From a virus (lineage: Duplodnaviria > Caudoviricetes): DNA of 64,000 nucleotides. The stretch is from IMG/VR virus record IMGVR_UViG_3300033145_002422. One strand, given 5' to 3'. The position numbers and the translations under genes are program-made. Shown one piece after another: positions 26,380 to 35,440 of this stretch. The notes under the pieces were generated by a model. That model was not told the DNA's origin. It saw only the letters and a program-made list of their open reading frames with translations, and ran no database searches. The first letter of the stretch is position 1. The number at the start of each line of letters is the position of its first letter.

Positions 26380-27978
26380 ATGAAAGGTTCTATAAATACT
26401 AAGGTAAATCGAGGCCGTGGAGGTACGTATTGGTTAGCTGTTACTACAGATTCTCAGGATATTCAAATTGTAAATAAATTTAATCAATTAATGTCATCTT
26501 TGGGTTATAGAGCTTTTCCACCAAAATCAAAGAAGCCATCATGGACAAAACAGGTTATACCCACAAATATTGATAATATAGAAGGAGAAATAAGTAGAGT
26601 AGCTGCCGATGTTAGTATGATTCCAAATTTTACAGGTCTTGAACTTATAAAAACAGATTTTGCTTCTTTTGAACAAAAGCAGCCAGAGGTTTCTCAACCA
26701 ATAATTACTCCAGAAGGGCAGCAAGTAGAACAAAGCGAAGCTACAGATACAATAGAAAGTTTTGTTGATAAGCTTAGAAAGGAAATGGCAATTACACCTG
26801 CTGATGAGCAAGCAAAAGCTATGGCAGATATGATTGCTAATCAATTAGAAACACTAGCAACTTCTGTTGATGAAGCTAAAAAGCAAGGATTTATAAAAGA
26901 TTTCCTTAGTTTTGCTTCTAAATTCTGGAATTATAGTATGTCAAATCAAATGCTTATTTATTTTCAAACAAAAGGAAAGTCAGAATTTGTCAAAGGAAGA
27001 AAGCAGTGGGGAACAATGGGAAGAAAATTAAAAGCAGATGCTACTCCAATAAGTATTTTAGCTCCTTCGGCAGCAGGAACTAATGTAGATGATAAAGGCT
27101 TAGCTATGGTTCTTTCATATGTAGAATATTATTTAAGATCTTTTCCAAGAGAAATTGATTTGACTAAAGGAAATAATATAAGAAAATTTTTAGGTTTTGC
27201 TAAGAAAAGAATAGCTGGTAGAAGATATTTTTATCTTCTTAACTTATTTAATAATAAGAGATTTAAAAATGTTTCTGATATAGGAATATATTTAAATAAT
27301 AAAGCAAAGGCTGGAAAAGGAGATTCATCATTTTCGTTTTCTAAGTTTAAGGCTGTTCAGGTTTTTGATTATAATGATACGGAACCACTTCCAGGATATA
27401 CTGGAAAGATTTTTACTCCACCTACAAAAGATATGTGGCAAAGTAAATATAACACAGAGGATGATAAATCAACAGCTATTATTAATGCTGCTTTAAAAAT
27501 AGTCGCTAGTAAGGGGATAGAGTTTAAAGAAGAGGATACTGGTCGTTCTGGCGGATATGCAAAAGGTGGAAAAACTATAGCAGTCCACTATCAGTCTAAA
27601 GGTCAAAGAAAATTATCAACTATTATACATGAAATAGCTCATAGTTTATTACATTTTGGAGACGATATAAGAGAGTCTAATATATTAGAAAAAGAAATAG
27701 ATGCAGAATCTGTTACTTATATTGTAATGAAACATTTTGGATTTGAAGCAGATTACGCTCCAAATTATTTAGCTTTATCTGGAGCAACTTCTAAAGAGGT
27801 AAAAGGAAGAAGAGATACAATTGCTAGAGCTGTTAAGATTATATTAACAGAACTTCATAAATATTTATTAGGTAATGGAGAAAATACTGCATCATATAAA
27901 GGTTGGTATAAAACAGCAAAGAAAATGGTTTATTCATTTGAAAATACATTTATTCCAGTGATATATATTAATTTTTAA
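26380..27978 (+). CDS. ArdC-like ssDNA-binding + zincin metallopeptidase (polyvalent-type) protein
   Basis: SKFWNYSMSNQMLIYFQ (ArdC-N) and STIIHEIAHSLLH...EIDAESVTYIVMKHFG. Confidence 0.8.
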   Translation: MKGSINTKVNRGRGGTYWLAVTTDSQDIQIVNKFNQLMSSLGYRAFPPKSKKPSWTKQVIPTNIDNIEGEISRVAADVSMIPNFTGLELIKTDFASFEQKQPEVSQPIITPEGQQVEQSEATDTIESFVDKLRKEMAITPADEQAKAMADMIANQLETLATSVDEAKKQGFIKDFLSFASKFWNYSMSNQMLIYFQTKGKSEFVKGRKQWGTMGRKLKADATPISILAPSAAGTNVDDKGLAMVLSYVEYYLRSFPREIDLTKGNNIRKFLGFAKKRIAGRRYFYLLNLFNNKRFKNVSDIGIYLNNKAKAGKGDSSFSFSKFKAVQVFDYNDTEPLPGYTGKIFTPPTKDMWQSKYNTEDDKSTAIINAALKIVASKGIEFKEEDTGRSGGYAKGGKTIAVHYQSKGQRKLSTIIHEIAHSLLHFGDDIRESNILEKEIDAESVTYIVMKHFGFEADYAPNYLALSGATSKEVKGRRDTIARAVKIILTELHKYLLGNGENTASYKGWYKTAKKMVYSFENTFIPVIYINF

Positions 27979-28017
27979 TCCGATATAAAAGAGTAAAAAC
28001 TTTTATTGGAGATTAAA

Positions 28018-28473
28018 ATGAAGACAATAGCAATATGTTCCGGATACTTCGATCCCCTTCATTTCGGTCATGTTGAATATCTGAAAAGATCCAAATCTAT
28101 AGCCGATATTTTAGTTGTTATTGTTAATAACGACAAGCAAACCTATCTTAAAAAGGGTTTTTCATTTCAATCCGAAGATGATAGAGTTCAAATAATAGGT
28201 TCCATGGAATGTGTAGATGAAGTATTTTTAAGTATTGATGAAGATAGATCTGTTTGTAAATCAATTAAATTAATTTACAATAAATATAAAACACAAGATA
28301 TAAAGATTATTTTTACAGAAGGTGGAGACCAAACGAAGGAAATCATTCCAGAAAAAGATATTTGTGAAAGATTAGGCATTAAAATAATTGATAATATAGT
28401 AGGTCAATTAAATTCTTCTACTAAATTATTAAAGAAATATGAAAATAATATAATCCAAAAGGAGAATAAATAA
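28018..28473 (+). CDS. HIGH-family cytidylyltransferase
   Basis: SGYFDPLHFGHVEYL...EGGDQ...SST. Confidence 0.85.
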   Translation: MKTIAICSGYFDPLHFGHVEYLKRSKSIADILVVIVNNDKQTYLKKGFSFQSEDDRVQIIGSMECVDEVFLSIDEDRSVCKSIKLIYNKYKTQDIKIIFTEGGDQTKEIIPEKDICERLGIKIIDNIVGQLNSSTKLLKKYENNIIQKENK

Positions 28474-29222
28474 TGAAAAATACTGTTTTAAAGAAAGTTT
28501 TACAAGAAGATAAAGCAGAGAGAATAGCTGCCTATATTATTGATAGAATAGATGCTAATAAAAATGTTGATATAGATTATGATTGGAATTTGAGTAAGGG
28601 GAAAATGTTGAGTGGAGATGTTAACACCACTTTTAAAATGGATTGTGAAGGAAATACAGAGTTAGAAGAAGTAAGAAATCTATTTAATTCTATTGACGAT
28701 GTAGATGAAGAAGACGAAGATACTATTAACGATTTCTTTAGTTCTATAAAAGATTTTATGGAAAAAAAGAATTTTTATAAGATAAGAGAGGTTATTAGAA
28801 AGAGAGTTGTCGGTGGAGCTAAGAAGGATATTTTTCCATTAGATGAGGTTCAGGTTGTTAATATTGAAATAGGCGGGAAACCGGAAGTTAATTACGTTAT
28901 TGTTGTACAAAAGGCGGTTCCTAAAAATGAATTGGGAGTAACAAATTATCCTGAGATGGATAAAATAGATGATTATATAAACGGAAAAAAGGATGGTAAA
29001 AAAAAGGAAAGCGTATCTCAGGAACTTATGAGAATATGTTATGAAACTGGAGAAGAACCAAATAAGGTTATTAGTAGAAAAAAGGAAGAGGGAGATCCTA
29101 AATATAAATATGTTTCAGAAGCATATAAGAAACAATATTTATTTGATTGTCATATAGAATTATATGTAGATTACTCTTTGGGGGAAATGCCAGAAGAATT
29201 AAAGAATATTGGAGAAAAATAA
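28473..29222 (+). CDS. hypothetical protein
   Basis: AAGGAG RBS, 249 aa. Confidence 0.7.
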   Translation: MKNTVLKKVLQEDKAERIAAYIIDRIDANKNVDIDYDWNLSKGKMLSGDVNTTFKMDCEGNTELEEVRNLFNSIDDVDEEDEDTINDFFSSIKDFMEKKNFYKIREVIRKRVVGGAKKDIFPLDEVQVVNIEIGGKPEVNYVIVVQKAVPKNELGVTNYPEMDKIDDYINGKKDGKKKESVSQELMRICYETGEEPNKVISRKKEEGDPKYKYVSEAYKKQYLFDCHIELYVDYSLGEMPEELKNIGEK

Positions 29223-30416
29223 ATGGCTTGCAAGGGATGTAAAAAATCAATATTAGATAAAGCTACTTTGGAAAAGATGTCAACGGAAGAATTGGTTGAT
29301 AAATTTTTTGCCATCGATTCTAAGAACACAGTTTTATGTAAGATAGTTAATAAAAAAAAAGATGTTAGGAATAAAAAAACAAAAGAAGAATTGCTTTTAA
29401 CTGATAAACAGAAGATTATTGATAGTTTTCTAGTCATTCAAAATGAAAATATTAAATTAATTAAAAAACTTATAGAAGATAGGAGAAAAAATAATCCACT
29501 TATTAAAAAAAAAGTTTCTGAAGAAGAGATAGGAGATGTTAATGATATTCATGCTATGAGACATGGAAGAACTATACACGAAGGAAAGATTTTAGAATCA
29601 TATGTAAAAAATCCTCCAATGATTTTTTCTAGAGAAGGACATTCGATGTATTTTGAAGGTATGTTTCGTGGCAGGTCTGCTTTTTTAATTTCAGGAGGCC
29701 CAAGTTTTTCATCAGTTAATAAAGAATTATTAGATAAGCCGGGTGTTTTAACCATGTCTATAAATAATTCTGTTAAAAGTTTTAGGTCTAATCTGTGGAT
29801 TAGCGTTGATGATCCCACTCATTTTATTAAATCTGTATGGCTTGATTCTAAAATTATGAAGTTTGTTCCGTATAGTCATTCAGAAAAAACTATATTTGAT
29901 AATGAAAAATGGGAAGAGACTAATATTAAAGTAGGTGGATGTCCTAATATATGGTTTTATAAGAGAAATGAAAAGTTTATAGCAAAGCAATTTTTGATTG
30001 AAGATACTTTTAATTGGGGTAATCATAAGAAATATGGAGGAGGAAGATCAGTTATGCTTCCTGCTCTTAGGGTATTATTCTATCTGGGTATAAGAAAAGT
30101 ATTTTTGTTAGGTGTTGATTTTAAGATGGATAAAAATAATAAATATCATTTTGAACAAGATCGAACAAAGAGTTCTGTTAATGGAAATAATAATACATAT
30201 AAAAAACTTATTGATAGATTTAATGAATTAAAACCCATATTTGATAAAAATGGGTTTGAAGTTTATAATTGTTATAAAGATTCAGGATTGAAAACATTTC
30301 CTTTTATGGATTTTGAGGAAGCAATTAGAATTGCAACAGAAGAAATGCCTCAGAATATTTTGAGTGAGAGGACAAAAGGGTTATATGAAAGGAAAGTAAA
30401 TGAAAATAAAGATTAA
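29223..30416 (+). CDS. Maf/DUF115 (GT29-like fold) protein
   Basis: AFLISGGPSF...SINNS...LGIRKVFLLGVDF. Confidence 0.7.
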   Translation: MACKGCKKSILDKATLEKMSTEELVDKFFAIDSKNTVLCKIVNKKKDVRNKKTKEELLLTDKQKIIDSFLVIQNENIKLIKKLIEDRRKNNPLIKKKVSEEEIGDVNDIHAMRHGRTIHEGKILESYVKNPPMIFSREGHSMYFEGMFRGRSAFLISGGPSFSSVNKELLDKPGVLTMSINNSVKSFRSNLWISVDDPTHFIKSVWLDSKIMKFVPYSHSEKTIFDNEKWEETNIKVGGCPNIWFYKRNEKFIAKQFLIEDTFNWGNHKKYGGGRSVMLPALRVLFYLGIRKVFLLGVDFKMDKNNKYHFEQDRTKSSVNGNNNTYKKLIDRFNELKPIFDKNGFEVYNCYKDSGLKTFPFMDFEEAIRIATEEMPQNILSERTKGLYERKVNENKD

Positions 30417-30421
30417 ATATT

Positions 30422-31384
30422 ATGGAAGAAAATATTGAAAGAAAATATTGGTTATCTCAAGATAATATACAAAAAAATAGAGCATTTTTTTGTGAAAACA
30501 GAAATGAAAAAATATATAGAAAAATAGATTTTTTCAGAGGAAAAAAAATTCTTTTATGGACCAGAAAGCCTGGACTTGGCGACATGTATATGAATGCTCT
30601 TTGTTGTTTCATTTTGAATCAAAAATATGGTTTAAATGTTTGGTTTGGATTAAGAAATAATCCTTCAGATAGAAATTTTCCAATTTTGTTCAAAGATATA
30701 CAATATTATAATTATAATCCGAATTTAAAAAAATATCCCCTAGTTGATAATAGAATAAATAGGGGTTTTGAAGGGCATATAGATCATTGCGGTATTTATC
30801 ATGATTTTGATTTTATAATCGATTTTAGATATTATATAGGATTAAAATATAATACTATTTTTCAAAGTTTGATGGAGTTCGGAGTAAACAAAATAGTTTC
30901 TCCAATTAATGGTTTAAAAACAGATTATTTTGATAATAGTGTGGAACAATATGATGTTATTATGATTTTAGGATCTGGTGGATGGAAACCCGTTAGAGCA
31001 TATAGAAATGGAGATAAATTAAAAGAAAAATTGGAAGATAAAAAATTAAAAGTTTTTTCTGTAAATAATAGCGATTGTAAAAAAATAGGTTTAAAAAAAA
31101 TAGTATCAATGGTTAAAAAATCGAAAGTTTATATAGGGGCTGAAACAGGTCCGAGTCATTTACTTTCAGGTATAGCTAAAAAATCAGTTATTATTCAATC
31201 TGGTATACATTTATCATCTTTTTGGAATATTTATTCAAATACATATATTATCGAAAGTGAATGGGAGTGTTCTAAAAAGAAATGCATATGCAGAAAACAT
31301 GAAGATTGTAAAAACCAGAACGGCGTTTGTATAGATCGTTTCTCTCCAGAAGATATAAGTAATGTGGTTATAGAAAATTTATAA
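30422..31384 (+). CDS. GT9 (heptosyltransferase-like) glycosyltransferase
   Basis: GLGDM and YIGAETGPSHL motifs; Cys-rich tail. Confidence 0.75.
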   Translation: MEENIERKYWLSQDNIQKNRAFFCENRNEKIYRKIDFFRGKKILLWTRKPGLGDMYMNALCCFILNQKYGLNVWFGLRNNPSDRNFPILFKDIQYYNYNPNLKKYPLVDNRINRGFEGHIDHCGIYHDFDFIIDFRYYIGLKYNTIFQSLMEFGVNKIVSPINGLKTDYFDNSVEQYDVIMILGSGGWKPVRAYRNGDKLKEKLEDKKLKVFSVNNSDCKKIGLKKIVSMVKKSKVYIGAETGPSHLLSGIAKKSVIIQSGIHLSSFWNIYSNTYIIESEWECSKKKCICRKHEDCKNQNGVCIDRFSPEDISNVVIENL

Positions 31385-31399
31385 TATTAGGGATAATAA

Positions 31400-31966
31400 A
31401 TGTCAAACGAAACAAGTAAATGTTATAATAGAAGATTAGTTCAAAACCATATGAGTAATCTGGTTGGTAAAGGAATAGATATTGGACCTGGAAATGATTG
31501 TTTTAAGCCGTTGGAAGGAATTTGCTCTTCATGGGATAAGAAAGATGGTAATAACGGATTGATATTATGTGGCATAGATAATAATTCATTAGATTATTTA
31601 TATTCTTCTCATTGTTTGGAACATATAAAAGATTATTTTGTTGCAATAAATAAATGGATTGATGTTGTAAAGGTTGGAGGTTATTTATATATAGTTGTTC
31701 CTGATTTTGGTTTATATGAAGGGGGAACTGAAATAAAAAATCCGTTTCATAAAGTTGCATTTTCTATTAATAGAAAAACAGATCCAAATATTCCATTAGT
31801 TAATATTATAGAATTATTTTATTCAAGATTAAAAGAAAGAGTAGAAATATTATATATTTCTTTGTGTGACCAAAATTATAATTACGAGATAGGATCAAAA
31901 GAAGATCAAACTAAAAAAAATGATGTTCTTGCTCATATAGAAATAATGTTAAAAAAAATATCATGA
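31400..31966 (+). CDS. class I SAM-dependent methyltransferase
   Basis: GIDIGPG...DYLYSSHCLEHI...KVGGYLYIVVPD. Confidence 0.85.
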   Translation: MSNETSKCYNRRLVQNHMSNLVGKGIDIGPGNDCFKPLEGICSSWDKKDGNNGLILCGIDNNSLDYLYSSHCLEHIKDYFVAINKWIDVVKVGGYLYIVVPDFGLYEGGTEIKNPFHKVAFSINRKTDPNIPLVNIIELFYSRLKERVEILYISLCDQNYNYEIGSKEDQTKKNDVLAHIEIMLKKIS

Positions 31967-32652
31967 TAACAAAAAATATTATATTATTATCTTTTGACAC
32001 TAACTATTATATAAAATATGGCAAATATTGTTTATTATCTATTCTTAAGAATTCTTTTAATGAAACAATTTTTGTTAGAACTATAGATGCGAAAAATGAT
32101 GTGATTAAAGAAATTTCTAGCTTATCTAGTAGAATAAATATAAGTAATATTATTAAACCTATAAGATGCTGTATGAAAGATTTTTCTGCTCAAATTAGAA
32201 CAAAAATAATTTCCGAAGAATTACTGAATTATGATATAGAAAAACTATTATATATAGATGCAGATTCGCTTATGATGAGAAGTCCAGAATTGTTATGGGA
32301 TTTAGTAAATGAATATGATATTTCAGGTTGGTATTGTGGTTCTACATCAGATATAAGAAGGAGATATAGGACAGGTATTCTTGTTATAAAAAATACAAAT
32401 ATTTCAAAAGAAACATGTAAAATATGGAATTGTAGAACATGGGAAAAGATTGCGTTTTGGCAAGACCAAATAGGTCTATGTAATGCAGTAGAATATATGA
32501 TAGATAAGGGGTTAAGATTTAATAATCTAAAAAATAAAAATATTATTGATTCAACTGATTTAAAAATAAAAAATTCTATTTTATGGACTCCTGGCGGAAA
32601 ATATAAGAGATATTGTAATTTTATAGAACAGCAGCAGAAATTTTTAGAATAA
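31963..32652 (+). CDS. GT-A fold glycosyltransferase
   Basis: LLYIDADSL DxD motif; WQDQIGL. Confidence 0.7.
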   Translation: MITKNIILLSFDTNYYIKYGKYCLLSILKNSFNETIFVRTIDAKNDVIKEISSLSSRINISNIIKPIRCCMKDFSAQIRTKIISEELLNYDIEKLLYIDADSLMMRSPELLWDLVNEYDISGWYCGSTSDIRRRYRTGILVIKNTNISKETCKIWNCRTWEKIAFWQDQIGLCNAVEYMIDKGLRFNNLKNKNIIDSTDLKIKNSILWTPGGKYKRYCNFIEQQQKFLE

Positions 32653-33441
32653 TTATTTTTTAAAAGGACAATCTTCTAATATATTATTAAAATCTATTTT
32701 ATAAGTTTTATATAATATTGAGTTTATTAAATCTTTATAAGATGTTTGTTCATTTGTTATAAATGGTTCGGTACTTCTGTCATCATATGTTTTAAAATAG
32801 TCTGCAAATTTAAAACCTTCGCCAGTTACTTTATTAGATATTTTAATCCACATTGATGGAATTTTGTATGCATCAGCAGCTATAATTCCATGTAAAGAAC
32901 TAGATACTATGGCTTCACAACAATTTATTTGATTTATAACCTTATATACGCCTGCTTTTATATTAATTATAAATATATTTGGATCTTGTTTTATATTTTG
33001 TATAAAATCAGATTTTTGATCTATAAAATGAGGTATAATACCAAGTTTATATTTTTTTATATTATTTTTTGGTTTATAAAATAATGGAAATAATAAAGCT
33101 GGATCTCCATATTTTTGTGGGCATTCTAATCCAAATTTTATGAGTTTTTTTCTTGTTAATGGGCCTCTCACAGAACATATTTTTAAAGGTTTTAATTTTA
33201 AAGATGATTTATCAGATATAAACCCTGTTCCCCAAACTATTGAATTATTATCTGCGAAATTCAGTACGCTGCCAACAGTAATATAATTTTTTTGATTGCA
33301 GATGGTTTGCATTCGAATTACAGTGGGTTTTTTAGACGTTATATATTCAAAAATATAAGGAGCTATGGCATCTCCCCAATTTGGTGCTTTTATAAGACAT
33401 TTTAATAACATATCACTATTTTCTTCGATATTAGGTTCCAT
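32653..33441 (-). CDS. polysaccharide pyruvyltransferase (ExoV-like)
   Basis: NWGD, VRGPLT, GDPALL, SSSLHGIIAADAY. Confidence 0.88.
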   Translation of the reverse strand: MEPNIEENSDMLLKCLIKAPNWGDAIAPYIFEYITSKKPTVIRMQTICNQKNYITVGSVLNFADNNSIVWGTGFISDKSSLKLKPLKICSVRGPLTRKKLIKFGLECPQKYGDPALLFPLFYKPKNNIKKYKLGIIPHFIDQKSDFIQNIKQDPNIFIINIKAGVYKVINQINCCEAIVSSSLHGIIAADAYKIPSMWIKISNKVTGEGFKFADYFKTYDDRSTEPFITNEQTSYKDLINSILYKTYKIDFNNILEDCPFKK

Positions 33442-33498
33442 TATTTTGTTATGATTTTTAAAAAAGTGTTTTATATTTAGTATACCATTAGATAATAA

Positions 33499-33879
33499 AT
33501 GATCCTTTATACAATAGGCTATAATAATTTCTCGTTTTTCGAATTCAGAGATAAAATAAGATCTTTGGATGTTATTATTATTGATGTTCGTTATTCTCCG
33601 AGCAGCTATTCTTCATTTTTTAATAAGCAGTATCTTGAGGATATATTTGGACACTCATACATTCATGTTCCAGAATTAGGAAATAAAAATTATAAGAATC
33701 CAGAAAAAGAGTTCGATATAGTAGATATAGAAGCCGGTGCAGATAAAGTAATAGAATATATGGGGTTGGGGTTTGACTGCATATTGCTTTGTGCTTGTGA
33801 TGATGTTAATAAATGTCATAGAAAATTAGTAGCTGATAAAATAAAAGAAAAATCAAATTGCGAAATTATTCACATTTAG
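33499..33879 (+). CDS. DUF488 family protein
   Basis: LYTIGY...IDVRYSP...ELGN...LLC...CHRKLVA. Confidence 0.8.
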   Translation: MILYTIGYNNFSFFEFRDKIRSLDVIIIDVRYSPSSYSSFFNKQYLEDIFGHSYIHVPELGNKNYKNPEKEFDIVDIEAGADKVIEYMGLGFDCILLCACDDVNKCHRKLVADKIKEKSNCEIIHI

Positions 33880-33933
33880 TGTAGTTTTTTCTAGTAAAAT
33901 TTAATCAACAGTCAAATTATAAGGAGAGTTTCA

Positions 33934-34368
33934 ATGGATAAGAAAATACCAACTAAAGTACCTTTAAGGAAGATGGAAATCTGGCAAACAGATGATGGAC
34001 GTAGGATTGAAGCGTTCAATAAAACAGGGTCAGTAACTTATATTCATAGAGAAGATGTAGGTGATCAAGAAAAAGCTCCTTCATTTAATGCTCCAGATGT
34101 TTTATATGTGGGCGTAGCTCAAATAGGAACTCCCCAGGGAATGAAGGAAATAAAGTTTGAGATTTCTGCGACTAGCGTTGAAGAAGCTTTTGATAATTAT
34201 CATGAAAATGCCATGATTGCAGTTGAAGAATTAAAGAAACAGATTCTTGAAGCAAGGCAAAATCGGCAGGAAAATGTTGTTCCTAATATAGTCCAAGCTA
34301 CAGAGAATGATCTTCATGAAATAGATGAAGTTGCAAAGGATGCAGGAGATAATATTATAATTCCATAA
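33934..34368 (+). CDS. hypothetical protein
   Basis: AAGGAG RBS. Confidence 0.7.
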   Translation: MDKKIPTKVPLRKMEIWQTDDGRRIEAFNKTGSVTYIHREDVGDQEKAPSFNAPDVLYVGVAQIGTPQGMKEIKFEISATSVEEAFDNYHENAMIAVEELKKQILEARQNRQENVVPNIVQATENDLHEIDEVAKDAGDNIIIP

Positions 34369-34379
34369 AGGAAAATAAA

Positions 34380-34700
34380 ATGGAAAATATAGATTTTGCA
34401 AAACATATATTAAAGATGTTAAAAGACGCTTTAAGAAGTGACCCTAAAGCAATGAATACCTTATTAAATCAAAGAGTGTTCTGCAATGAAGTTTTAGCAC
34501 AGCACCAGAATTTTCAAGTTATTGTTTCTCAGGACGATGCTGGGAATCCTATATATATTGTTAGTATGCTTGGTATTTTTAATGGGGTTTTAGATGCTAT
34601 GGATGCTCCAGTTATATCTGCTATAGTTAATGATACGCAAGGAATTGTTGGATTTTCTTTGTATGATTTGAAAAAACAAGAACTTATTGAGGATAAATAA
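34380..34700 (+). CDS. hypothetical protein
   Basis: RBS; RVFCNEVLAQH. Confidence 0.65.
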   Translation: MENIDFAKHILKMLKDALRSDPKAMNTLLNQRVFCNEVLAQHQNFQVIVSQDDAGNPIYIVSMLGIFNGVLDAMDAPVISAIVNDTQGIVGFSLYDLKKQELIEDK

Positions 34701-34701
34701 T

Positions 34702-35037
34702 ATGCCATATATTAAACAAAATAGAAGAGAAGTATTAGATCCTTATGTGGATGCTATAGTTGAAATAATGAAAAAAATTGATGCTAAAGATGGTGATTAT
34801 AATTATTTGATTACCAGAATATTAACATCTGGATTCGAACTTAATTCTAAACCTGGTTATTCCAAGATAAATACAATTGTTGGAGTTTTAGACTGTATAA
34901 AATTAGAATTGTATAGAAGAATTGCTTCAAAATATGAACAGGAAAAAACAATAGAAAATGGAGATGTTAAGGAGTATGAAGAATTTGATCAATGGTTTGA
35001 TGATCTTACTAGGAGATTGGGATGCTTCAGAAAATAA
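34702..35037 (+). CDS. conserved phage protein (MPYIK...KLELYRR...NGDV)
   Basis: recognisable phage family pattern, function unknown. Confidence 0.7.
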   Translation: MPYIKQNRREVLDPYVDAIVEIMKKIDAKDGDYNYLITRILTSGFELNSKPGYSKINTIVGVLDCIKLELYRRIASKYEQEKTIENGDVKEYEEFDQWFDDLTRRLGCFRK

Positions 35038-35366
35038 TAGTTAATAAAGAAGTTGAAGAAATCGTAGATATTTTGTGTAATAAATGCGGCAGGAGTTGTT
35101 TGGCAGGAAAAGATGATGGTGTTTATGATGGATATGGTTTAATTGAGGCTTCTGTGAGAGGGGGCTATTGGTCATCGCATCTTTGGGATGATGTTTCTTA
35201 TACTTTTAGTATTTGCGAAGAGTGCCTGAGAGAATTGTTTGACAACTTTATTATTCACCCAGATACCAAGGGTGGCGGTATAGTCTGTCATGGTGAAAGA
35301 GAGTATGAAACGAAAGAAATTAGGGAGAAAAATAAAATAGATTGGGAAAAGAGAGATAAAAAATAA
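35022..35366 (+). CDS. Zn-finger hypothetical protein
   Basis: CNKCG...ICEEC. Confidence 0.65.
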   Translation: MLQKIIVNKEVEEIVDILCNKCGRSCLAGKDDGVYDGYGLIEASVRGGYWSSHLWDDVSYTFSICEECLRELFDNFIIHPDTKGGGIVCHGEREYETKEIREKNKIDWEKRDKK

Positions 35367-35440
35367 AAGGAATATTGTAATTTTAATCGAAAAAGATGGT
35401 ATCTAGAAATAGGTGCCATTTTTTCATTGGAATAAGGTAA

